The notes below the pieces were generated by a model. It saw only the letters and a list, made by a program, of their open reading frames with translations. It was not told the DNA's origin and made no database searches. From Phaeosaccion multiseriatum (lineage: Eukaryota > Protista > Ochrophyta, other classes), in NCBI GenBank assembly GCA_965112735.1, contig OZ218952.1, forward strand, positions 2,790,001 through 2,854,000: 64,000 bases of DNA. Reading direction: 5' to 3'. Positions 1 through 20,900 of this stretch are shown piece by piece. Position 1 is the stretch's first letter. Every line of letters begins with the position of its first letter. The position numbers and the translations under genes were made by a program.

Positions 1-369
1 AACATCCCAAAGGCAATTCCCATACCGTACCCTGTGTTGGAGGAAGGCAAAAGGGGCAGTCAGGGTAGTTGGTGGGGGTGAGGCTCTGGGTCATAAGGAA
101 AGAGCCCACCTTCGACCGTCTGAGCACCAACCTGCGGCAGTGCCCACGATGAGCTTGACGCCGCAGCTCTCTGCCATCCACGACGGATTCACGCCCGGGT
201 GCTCGCCCCCCCGCACGTGGGACCAGGTCTTAAAGTAGGGAAGGGAGGAGACATGCGGGACTCCGGCCATGTGCTGCCGGGCCTCCGCACCCAAGCCCCC
301 CCACACACCGGGTAGCGCGGGAGGAGGAGAAGGGGCTCCTTTCGACGAGGAGGGTGGGGAATCACTCAT
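1..369 (-). CDS. TIM22: Mitochondrial inner-membrane translocase Tim22 (Tim17/22/23 family), 5' part; exons 369..132 and 31..<1, continues beyond the window
   Basis: Splicing GCAG|gttggt (intron 131..32) to cacag|GG gives WMAESCGVKLIVGTAAGYGMGIAFGM, matching the Tim22 MESC..K..G..G.G.AFG.F first TM motif. Start is the ATG at 369 or 270. Confidence 0.8.
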
Positions 370-471
370 TTGTATCCTTGTTGGGAAGGCAGAGGATACA
401 GTGAAGGAGGGGAAGGATAAGAGGGGGGTGGGGCGGAAGAAACTGAAACTGAAACTGAAGTCTGAACCGAT

Positions 472-621
472 GCCGGCCTGATATTATGGCCGGCGCCAGC
501 CGGGTCTGATTCCTGATTATGACCGGCGCCAGCCGGCCTGATTACTGATTATGACGGGCGCTAGCCGGCCTGATTACTGATTATTGGCGCCAGCCGGCCT
601 GATTACTGATTATGGTCGGCG
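472..621. repeat. ~5 tandem copies of a ~32-bp unit, consensus GCCGGCCTGATTACTGATTATGACCGGCGCCA
   Basis: Read directly from the sequence; the same unit recurs at about 55204-55277. Confidence 0.85.
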
Positions 622-721
622 AATACTGTAACCTCTTCCAGGGCCGAGAAGGCAGAGAGGCCGAAGTTCTATTACAAGTGCCAGGAGAAAGGACGCCAAA
701 GTTCTATTGCCAGGAGCAGCA

Positions 722-2443
722 TCATCTGAGCAGGCCCCTCTCTGTGGCGAGACTGATAAACGCGCCCCAATTGTCGGGCCCCTGCTGTAGCACGCCCTCC
801 ACAGAGTCCTTGACATAGCCAATCACCTGGCCAAAGTCACTGCGAGAGGAGCCTCGCTGAGCCCACTCCGAGTCCAGCAGCAGAAAGGCGATGACAAACA
901 CCTCGAAGAAGGCCCGCTCCTCCCCAAACACGCCCCAAAACGAAGCCCTCGTGCTGACAAACTGTCCTCCCCGAAGGTCCAGTAAGTCAGCTAACATGAG
1001 TGTGAGGTTGTTCGCCACCACGGCCATAGGGTAAGTTTCGTCGGTCTGGGAAGCCTGCGCCCGGTACATGTCATGCGTGGCGTCCGGGTACTTGTCGCAG
1101 AGGTAGCTCAGATTGCGCAGGGCCAGGCAACCCGTCCCCTTCAAATCCTTTCGGGGCACATCGTCTGGGTGTTGGAAACCTGCCGACGCCCAGCGCTTCG
1201 TCGCTTCTCCTCCTCCTCCTCCTCCTCCTCTCGGAAAGCCCTCACCCGGGAAAAGCACCTCCCACACCACCTTCAAGTCACGCATGTGAGGCCCGGTCTG
1301 TGACATATCAAGGGGTGTGGACAGCAAATCGCCAAGGGCTTGGAGGTTGCGTGTCTCATGAGGAGAAGGGGTGCTAGAGCTGGCGGCCTTCCACAGCTTG
1401 GCCCCGAGCTTGGCGGCGCCAAAGCCCACGCCCTTGGCAACCTTGGCAGCCGAGAGAGTCTTGGAGGTGACCGCCTCCTTCCATTTCTTGTGCTGGGTGG
1501 CACATCCCGCGGTTTCCAGCGCTGCCCTCAGCCCTCCCAGGCCCAACGCTCCTGCCCCGCCCCCCCCGCCTCCCTCATCTGGGTGGTCAGAGAAGCCCCG
1601 ACCACTACTGCCGCCACTCCCGAAGCTACTAAATCTCCCGCTATTCCTCTTTCCGCCACTGCTGCTACTGCTGCCGGGGCTCGATGGTTGCTTCTGCCAA
1701 TGGCACATATCGTCCAACCCTCCACCGACCTCACCCACATCACCGCGAGCCCTGTATCCCCCTCCCCCTCCCTCGCCGCTACCACCACCTCTGTACCCTC
1801 CTGCTCCACTTCCTCCTCCTCCACCACCACCACCACCTCCACCTCCGCCATCCTGATACTCGTCTCCTCTCGTCGGCGATTTGGCGGGGGGTGGAGGCCC
1901 GAAGGCGTCGTTGAAGGAAGCGGTTGACGACAATGGGGGGGGAGGGGGCGAGCCGTAGAACGAAGACGATGACGGGGGTGCCGCGCCTGAAAGTGGCGGA
2001 GTGCGTCGAGGCGGGGGAACTGGTGCTTGCGAGGACTGGCCTCCCACCCCTGGCGCCACCCCTGTTCCCTCGTGTCCTTCGTCTCCAAACGAGAGTGGCA
2101 GCACCCTTAGCCGTATGCTATAACCCTTCGGCTGGCCCCTCTCCGTCTCCTTTGCTAGCCCCCCGAAGTTCCTCGCCAAGCCCAGTGCATCCTCGTCCTC
2201 GCGCGTGAGGTCTAACCACACACACTCGCTCGTGTCAGTGGGGTCGAGCACTCGGAGGCGAAAGTTAAAGACACCCTCATAAGGGAAGTAGTGCCGCAAG
2301 TGCTTTAGCGTTACAGACTGTGGTGGCACCGGTTCAGCCCCTCCTCCCTTCCCAACGCCCGATGGCCCAGGGATGAAGTAGCTTGACGCCAATCCAGTCT
2401 CCGGGTCGTGCGCATCGCCGAGAATCTCGTAATGGCAATTCAT
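722..2443 (-). CDS. Protein with N-terminal DIX-like domain and C-terminal ELMO/CED-12 domain (single exon)
   Basis: ATG at 2443 (the track's 2485 start is GTG). N-term VTLKHLRHYFPYEGVFNFRLRV...CVWLDL resembles DIX. C-term WASAGFQHPDDVPRKDLKGTGCLALRNLSY...YPMAVVANNLTLML matches the ELMO W..GFQ..P.TDFRG.G.L.L..L.Y and YPFA...IN.T..L pattern. Confidence 0.8.
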   Translation of the reverse strand: MNCHYEILGDAHDPETGLASSYFIPGPSGVGKGGGAEPVPPQSVTLKHLRHYFPYEGVFNFRLRVLDPTDTSECVWLDLTREDEDALGLARNFGGLAKETERGQPKGYSIRLRVLPLSFGDEGHEGTGVAPGVGGQSSQAPVPPPRRTPPLSGAAPPSSSSFYGSPPPPPLSSTASFNDAFGPPPPAKSPTRGDEYQDGGGGGGGGGGGGGSGAGGYRGGGSGEGGGGGYRARGDVGEVGGGLDDMCHWQKQPSSPGSSSSSGGKRNSGRFSSFGSGGSSGRGFSDHPDEGGGGGGAGALGLGGLRAALETAGCATQHKKWKEAVTSKTLSAAKVAKGVGFGAAKLGAKLWKAASSSTPSPHETRNLQALGDLLSTPLDMSQTGPHMRDLKVVWEVLFPGEGFPRGGGGGGGEATKRWASAGFQHPDDVPRKDLKGTGCLALRNLSYLCDKYPDATHDMYRAQASQTDETYPMAVVANNLTLMLADLLDLRGGQFVSTRASFWGVFGEERAFFEVFVIAFLLLDSEWAQRGSSRSDFGQVIGYVKDSVEGVLQQGPDNWGAFISLATERGLLR

Positions 2444-2695
2444 TGCGTGCTCTGATTGCTGAGGCAGGGTGGCAGGTGGCTTCACCTCACACCCACACCT
2501 TTATGAACAGCTGCGCCTGCCTTCAAACGCACATCGCAAGCTCTGGGAGCAAGGAGCAGGAGAGCATAAGAACAGAAAGTTAAGTTAATGGGACAGAGGG
2601 TTGTTAAAAGCCACTGTAACGCCAAATCCAATTCCCTCCTCTTTTACACATCCACCTCCCTTTTACACATCCACCGTCCCGTTGTATGAGGAGCC
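2444..2695. promoter_or_regulatory. Probable bidirectional promoter (~250 bp) between the DIX-ELMO and SHIPPO-repeat genes
   Basis: Head-to-head ATGs at 2443 (-) and 2696 (+). Confidence 0.5.
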
Positions 2696-5600
2696 ATGGC
2701 GATGCCCACGCGCTCCGCTCGGCGGACAGTGTTCGAGGATACTACTCCCACCCCTGCCAACATCGGCCCAGGCAGCTACGAGCAGCTCACGAAGGACAAG
2801 GTGATGCCGAGCTACACCGGCTTCGGGACAGGGGAGAGGAGGTGTAGCGATGGCAGCAGTGGTGGTGGTGGTGGCAGGGCTGGAAAGACCAAGCAGGTCA
2901 CGCCAGGCCCGGGAGAGTATGACGTTGGTGGTATGGGGAGCGGGAGTAGAGATAGTGGTGGAGGAGAGCAGCCGCAGGACTCCAACCAGAATCAGCGGCG
3001 CCGAAACACCAACCCCCCTGTGCAACGGTCAGCCTGCTTCTCGTCCAAGTCGGCTCGCATCGCCCCTCAGTACACGGGCTCCAGCGCCTTCGCCGTGGCC
3101 AGCCTCGTGGAAGTGCCCGGGCCAGGCGCGTACAATGCAGGCTCTGTAGGGGGCAGCAGCAGTGGAGGAGGGGCAGGAGGGATAACCGGAGGTAGTCGAC
3201 CGGGGAGAGGAGAGGGACAGCGGGGCAAGCCCCCACGACGGAGACAGCAGCAGTCGCTGATCGCATACCGCTTCAACCCTCCGGCTATTCCTGCTCGGGG
3301 GCAGAGCTTCGGCTATGATCAGGTACGAGAGCTGGGATGGGGCTGGCTTGGCTCAGAGCGAGCGACACCACATGCCTTCGTACTCCTCCTCTTCCTTCTG
3401 AATAGATTCTCCTGGGGAGGGGAGAAGTGTTGTACGCCACGGAAAAGGCCCCTCCCCTGATGCTCTCCGTCGTTGGTCAAGTCCTGTTAAGGCCTTACTT
3501 ACCCATCCTCTACCATTGTAGGATAATGCACAAAGAGAGCGTAAGACGGAGCGCTGTGTTAGCTTCTTTCGAAGTCGCTTGCCCGCAGAGCCCCCTAACC
3601 CCCTCGCTTCATCCCCACCCCCCCGTTGCCCTCCCACCCCTCCCACCCTCCTCCTCCTCCTTCTCCTCCTCCTCCTCCTCCTCCTCCTCCTCCTCCTCCT
3701 CCTCCTCCTCCTCCTCCTCCTCCTCCTCCTCCTCCTCCTCCTCCTCCTCCTCCTCCTCCTCCTCCTCCTCCTCCTCCTCCTCCTCCTCCTCCTCCTCCTC
3801 CTCCTCCTCCTCCTCCTCCTCCTCCTCCTCCTCCTCCTCCTCCTCCTCCTCCTCCTCCTCCTCCTCCTCCTCCTCCTCCTCCTCCTCCTCCTCCTCCTCC
3901 TCCTCCTCCTCCTCCTCCTCCTCCTCCTCCTCCTCCTCCTCCTCCTCCTCCTCCTCCTCCTCCTCCTCCTCCTCCTCCTCCTCCTCCTCCTCCTCCTCCT
4001 CCTCCTCCTCCTCCTCCTCCTCCTCCTCCTCCTCCTCCTCTGTTAGGGATGGGATGGAGATGTACGTCCCTTAGAAGCTCCGACGACGGTTCGCTCTGGG
4101 GAGAAGGGAGACACTGCGGGGCCTGGCGACTATGAAAACCTTCGAAAGGAGAAGCACCGCTCCACGAAGATCTGTATGGATGAGAGAAAGACTGTATTCG
4201 ACAGGGAGTGGGCCTGTCACGAGATCAAGCCCGGCCCGGGCCAATACGACCCGAACATTCACGCCATCCCCCAGGTGGGAAGGTCTGAGGGGGGCGGCAG
4301 CGGGCAGCACGCGAGTTCGTGTTTTGCCAACACAGTGCCCAAGCAAGCACCAGCATCAGACACGCCAGGGCCGGGGGCATATCGACCGGAAGGGCAGGGG
4401 GGTGGGGCGATGGGGACAGGTGCCGGAGCGGGTACAAAGTCCACTCTACAGTGCTTTGGCAGCACCAGTCGAAGAGGGGCCTGGCTCCGAGAGGCTATGG
4501 GGTCTTCCTCTTCCTCGTCCTGTCCTGTTCCGGGGCCAGGAGCCTACGGCGGAGCAGAGACGGGCTCTTCGTTTGCATTTCGCCCCCAAAAGACTCTGCT
4601 GGACGAGCCTGTTTCCTTCTCCTCCACCGCACAACGCCCAGTGCTGAGTAACAATGGCGACGCAAGGCCCAATGCCGGGGGGGCTGGGGCGCCGGGCCCT
4701 GGTCAGTACGACATGTGGTACTCCACATTGGCGGGGAATGTGTACAAAATGGCCCACGTGGGGCGGCTGGGGGCGTTTGGAACCCGCGACGCGAGGTTCC
4801 GAGAGACCGCCCCCAAAGCGGAGGTACCCAAGGACAATATGCAAGCGTGGAACGAGAGGGGCCAGGCGCCGGTCAAGAAGGTGGTGACACATCCCAATTT
4901 GGGCACAAGTCCCTTCAGAGGCAAGGCAGGGACGGGAAGGGGCCCTACCGCCAACCTTCAGAAGGACCACCTGCCTCCTGCGTGTACCAGTTACGACGTC
5001 AAGGGGGAGTTTGATCAAATCAAGGCCCTTGCTGAGGAGATGAAAAGGAGGAGAGCCGCCGCCGCCCAGGCACTGTCTCAGACCCAGCAACAGGCACAGC
5101 AGGCAGGCGGAGGAGGAGAAGGAGGAGGTGGGCTTGACCAGAACGGCCCCGCCGGCGCGAACTTGAAGGGCCACAGCGGCCACACTCATACGACTGGGAT
5201 GGGACTGTCGTCGTTCGGGGCCGGTGACCGCTTCAAAGGAGGGGCGTTTGACTCCAGTGACAAGGAGGAGCTGCCAGGCCCCGGGGCGTACATACCGAGA
5301 GATGGCAGCAAATGCAGCAGCAACAGGGGGCATACTTCTTCGCAGTGGGCCCAGGGCTCTCGCTTCCCAGGTGCGACACTTCCTTTTGTATATATGTGAC
5401 TTAGATATTGTACTGTACCGTACTGTATGGGTGTGACTCTCTGTAACACTTGCATTGCATTGCCCCCCTTCAAGTACCATCTAACCTTCACCCCCCCCCC
5501 CCCCAAGTGGATGATGTATGTTTAACATGATAACCTCAAAAGTAACTTGAAAAGGAACCAACAAACTCGACTTGAACTCTGTCCTGAACTTCCTTCCACC

Positions 5601-5785
5601 CAGGTACCCCCGTTACCACCCCTGTGGGCCCAGGCGCCTACGAGCTTGGGGGATCTCTGAGCAAGAAGAGCTTCAACATCACCTTCTCTTCGCGCAAGGC
5701 CTCGAGGGGCAGGGGAGGAGGCGATGGAAGGAGTGGGGGGGGGGGAGGGGGAGATGACTGGCTCGGGCAAGTAGCCGCAATGGCG

Positions 5786-5788
<3 letters not shown>
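2696..5788 (+). CDS. Sperm-tail PG-rich (SHIPPO/ODF3/STPG) repeat protein, flagellar; join(2696..3322,4047..5370,5604..5788)
   Basis: Many PGPGxY-type repeats (IGPGSY, PGPGEY, PGPGAY, PGPGQY, VGPGAY) and C-terminal KSFNITF. Both introns are GT-AG with compatible phases. Confidence 0.85.
3648..4040 (+). repeat. (CCT)n microsatellite, ~130 units, forming the 3' pyrimidine tract of intron 1 of the SHIPPO gene
   Basis: Near-pure CCT run ending just before the tgttag acceptor at 4046. Confidence 0.95.

Positions 5789-5860
<72 letters not shown>
5786..5860 (+). repeat. (TGA)n microsatellite beginning at the SHIPPO stop codon
   Basis: gcg TGA TGA TGA..., about 25 units. Confidence 0.9.
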
Positions 5861-5862
<2 letters not shown>

Positions 5863-6607
5863 GTGTTCGTGTTGGTTGTGGTTAAGATGATGGTGGTGCT
5901 GCTGCTGGTGGTGCAGTCCTGATGATACTGGGATTTGTTTAGCGCAGTCAGTCACCAAGAAAAGCAAAAAAAAAAAAAAAAAAAATGTACCAAAAAAATA
6001 TTGAACATTTGCTTTGGCTTCACAGTGGTGACTGGTACTGTGTTGATACCCCCAGGCGGCCACTCCCCCCCTCTACTGTGAGCCAAGACACGAAGGCGTG
6101 AGCTCAAGAGCGTGACATCGACGTCGACATCGACATCGACATCAGACATCGACATCGACATTATATCGATCTCTTGCCCAGCAATCATCATCATACGATG
6201 TACTTCTATTTATCATTCATCATACGCCCTGTAAGGTCGGCCAATTGAGCTCCTCCATGGCGTGGTGCGGATGTGGTCCTACCCTTACCAACCTTAAGGT
6301 ACTTCTAGTACTTCGTAGTATTTAACTTGAGAGGTGATGCTGCATGGACAAAGAGATCAACGCGCTAATTAGGACTTGCCGGCTTGCTCTTTCTCCTCCC
6401 CCCCTCCCCCCCCTCCTCCTCCTCCCACTCCTCCTCCTCCTCCTCCCCCTCACCCCCCTTCTCCCACTCCTCCTCCTCCTCCTCCTCCTCCTCCTCCTCC
6501 TCCTCCTCCTCCTCCTCCTCCCCACCCCCTCCTCCTCATCCCCGTCCCCCTCTCTCCCTCCTCCTCCCCCTTCCTCCCTCTCTGTCCCTCCTCCTCCTCC
6601 TCCTCCG

Positions 6608-17129
<10,522 letters not shown>

Positions 17130-17965
17130 TGGCCTCTAGATTAAAAGCTTGGCCACCTCTCATCTCACGCTCAGTGTAAAGCTCCTTTTTGAGCGACGCA
17201 TACGTCCTACTACTCCCTGGAGAGATGGCATAGCGTGTGACAGCATCCTGCTCGGGATGTTGAGCCTCATGTACCGCCAACGCTCGCCCTCCTGTGGCCT
17301 CTTTCCATGGCTCCAGAGCCAGCGCAGTTCCTATGTGTTTGGTCTCCTTGGAGCTTGCTACGCTTCTGCTGGGCTTCCCTGTTGCTATGCTCCTCACTAA
17401 GCCTTTGCGCCACAGCAGGAGCGGAATCACGGCCTACACAAAACTTTGGCTGTAGTACTCTTCACTGCTGACGCGTACGTTCAGTAGAAGACCGCATGTC
17501 AGCTCTCTACTTCTCCTCGTCTTCCCCTCTCCTCAGTCTTGATTTTTCTTTGCTGTTTCTCCTTTCCCAGCCCGTTTACAATGTTGCCGTAAATGGAAAG
17601 GGGCAGAGTCAGCCACCCTGAAACCGTCATTGACTTAAGCTTTTTGTCGTTGGGAATAAAATCAATCTCGCCGCCCTCTTTCCGTTAGGTGTTCCACACG
17701 TGTGACGGAGGGAGCGGTAAGGTAATGCAGCAGATGAGAAGGAGTAGTACATGATATGGAAGCAGGGGACTGGAGAAGCTAGAAGAGAAGGAGCGTACCA
17801 GAAGATGTGAGAGACGGAGTGTGTCAAACTGAGGATACACTGCGTTTGCTCGCCAAGCCGCTGCAAACATCGGCGGCTGGCTGCTGCACAAGAAGAAGCA
17901 GCCGGAGGGGAGTACAGCCATCTCTCTTTCATTCGTAGGGGAGTACAGCCATTCGGCTAGGTGCA

Positions 17966-20900
17966 ATGGCCAAGCACTTTGCACATCCTGGAGGGGGGGC
18001 CTTCAGCTTTCTTCCGCCTGAGGTCGCCCAGGCTGGAATATTGGGTGCGGGGGGAGGGGCAAGTACAAACAACAACGAGGATGCTGCTGCTGGTGCTACT
18101 GCTACTGCTACTGCTGCTGCACTGGCCGCGCAGACAGCGGCCGCTGCCTGCAACGCCAAGCTTGCAGACATGCACCCTCTCTGCGCCCAGGAGGGACAGG
18201 TCAAGAAGCTCGTCTCCGCTGTGGAGGTCCTGCAGAGGGAGCTTGCTTCCCTGAAGTCCACGGAGATTGGGCTGAAGGAGAGTGAGAGGGCCCTGGAAAC
18301 AACCTCCTCTTCGCAGCGAAAGACGATTGGGAGCCTGCAGAGTAAAATCCAAAAGTTGGAGAGCAGGATCGAGAGGCTCATCACCAAGGAGAAAAACGTG
18401 CCCGCGCCCGCACTCCTTCCTACTCCCACTACCCAACAGAGTGCCTCCTTCGCTCTAGCAGCAGGGGGGGGCGCGGACGAGACGCCCGGGGCAGGGCGGG
18501 GGAGCGGGGGAATGAGCTTGTGGGGTAGCTTTTCCGACACTTTTCAGATTGACTCCCTGCTCGAGTGGACCGCATCTATCACTGGACACGGCGAGGTAGG
18601 AGGCAGCAGCAGCAGCAGCGCCGTAGGGAAAGGAATCAGCATCGCAGGAGACGCGGCCTCGGCCTCAGCAGGGATGGACGGCTCCTTACCGCCCGCTGCT
18701 CTGCTGGTCTTGGCCGTGCCAGTAATCTGGTTCAGCATGAGGCTGTACAGGCAGCAGGCTCAGCGACGGCAACAACAGCAACAGCTGGTAGTACAGCAGC
18801 AGCAGCAGCAGCAGCAGCAGCTCTATGTGACCAACGACAACGGGCAGCAAGCACTCCTCTTCTCTGCATCTGAAACGCCGCAGCAACAGTTCGAGCAACT
18901 GGTGAGGGACCATCCCTCCATTCAGCAAGGCCTCCAGGGTAAGCTGGAACACTTGAGATGCCTGCAGGCAGAGCTCGCAGCCTCGCAGGTGGAGAGAGAG
19001 CGACTTGTGCGGGCCTATCAACGCTTGCAGGAGGAGATGCAAGAACTAAACGAGCGGCACGAGGAGGATCAGAAGCGGCTCGACAGCGCAAGAGCAGACT
19101 CCGTGGATGCGGCTGTCAATCTCACCGCCTTGCAGTATGTGTCTGTAGAGGCCACGGTAGGGGTGGAGCAGGCACAGAGGGAGCTCAACACGCAGAAGGA
19201 AGAGCTAGAGACCAAGGTGAGAAGGTGGAAGGATGGATGGGAGGAAGGAAGGAAGGAAGGTAGCAGACAGGTAGGGTTATGGCCTCTCGTCGATCGTCTA
19301 TGGGTCCTGTAATGCGAGCCAAGTATCGGGAGACACAACAAAAGTGGATGTGTGGCACGTCATTTTTTCTGTTCTTTTTTCTACGGTCTATACTTGGTCG
19401 ACTTGGTTAGTTCATATGTGATGTAATGTAGTCCAAGAGCAATGAAGGAAACGTGCCTAACAAGCGCTGCAACCCTTTACATGTGTCGTCCCCCCTTCCC
19501 TTCTTTTCCTCCTCCTCCTCCCCTCCCCCTCTTCCCTCAGACCGCTCAAATTCGCGACCTTCACGCCCAAATCGACGAGGATCAGCGCCTGAAGGATGAG
19601 CAGAGTGCCTACATCACCACCCTCCATGCCTCCCTGCAGGACAAGGCCGTCGAGTGCAGGGCCCTCAACGCCCGTCTATTTGTGCAGAGTCAAGAGGACG
19701 ACGAGGGACTGGTAGAGGGGCTCGACATGCTCCGAGGCGCAAGGGATCAGCTGGAGACTGAACTTGCGGAGAAGAGCGTTGAAGTGAGAGAGAAGCAAGG
19801 CAAGCTCCATGCCCAGGGGAAGCAGCTCGTGGCCAAGGAGAGCATCTTACAGCGGCTGAAGGATCAGTTGGAGACGATGCGCAAGAAGGAGGAGGAGAGC
19901 CGGGCGAAACTGCAAGAGAGGGAAGAGGAGCTTCGACGAGCCAAGGCCAAAAGCCACGCTGCGGAAGTGGACACACGCAAGGCCCGGCGCAAGGTCAGCG
20001 ACTTGCAAGAGATGGTGATGGATCTGGCCTTTGAGAGGGACAGGCAGGAAAAGCTGGCCGACGCTCATCTCACTAAACTCAAGGCCTCTCTCGCCGAGCT
20101 CAAGGACTTGCAGGACGGAAGGGTGGGCAGCGAGAGGAAGGGCTGTCAGGCCAAGGAGATTGACCATCTGCGTGACGAGGTGAAGGTCTTGGAGAGGCTA
20201 GTGCAGGAGAAGGAACGAGCTCGTTTTTCCGTAACCGTCAAGTACGATGAAAAGATGGCCGAGCTCAAAGCCCTCGAGGACAGCAGAGGAGGGCTCATGA
20301 GGGCCGGGTGGATAGCAGTGGACGGCGCGGCGGCACTTGAGGAGGGAGCGGACGGAGCCGAGTGGGCTGTGCGGGCGGAAGCGGACGAGATTGGAGAACT
20401 GAGGGCCAAGCTCCGGCGAGCGGAGGAGGAGAAGATGGACTTGGATGCCCGCTTCGTGAGCACGTTTGGGGAGCTCGGAGACGCCGTCGGGCAGAGAGAT
20501 ATGCTACAGAAGATGGTGGAGCAGCTGCAGGAGGAGCGAGAGCAGCAGTTGATGATGCAGCAGCAGCAGCAGAAGGAGGAGGAAGACGCGGGTATTGCCA
20601 TGGATAGGACTACGATGGAGAAGGAGAGGTCGGCGGCCCAGGCTCAGGGGCGACATAGCGAGAGACAGGAAGTCGAGGCCGAGCTGCGAGAGAGACTCCG
20701 CAAGCAGCAACAAGAGGTGGCGGTGCTGTGTGCGGCCTGCCAGGAGCTGGAGGCGGTGGCGGAGAAGCTCGTCAGTGACGCGGAGGAAAGCGCACGAGAG
20801 ATGCGTCGGCAGCACGAGAAGGAGCTGGCGGTGGCGGTGCGGGATGGGCAGCTTACTGCGCAGCAGTTACAGAAACAGCTGAGGAGGGTGGCCAGAGAGG

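Noticed and set aside
472-621. CRISPR-like repeat
   Set aside because: Contiguous degenerate units without spacers.
3427-4135. Poly-Ser/Leu/Pro ORFs (extensin-like); similar ORFs at 6322-7607, 11482-12322, 14124-14712 and 35052-35771
   Set aside because: Microsatellites open in several frames, lying in introns or antisense to real exons.
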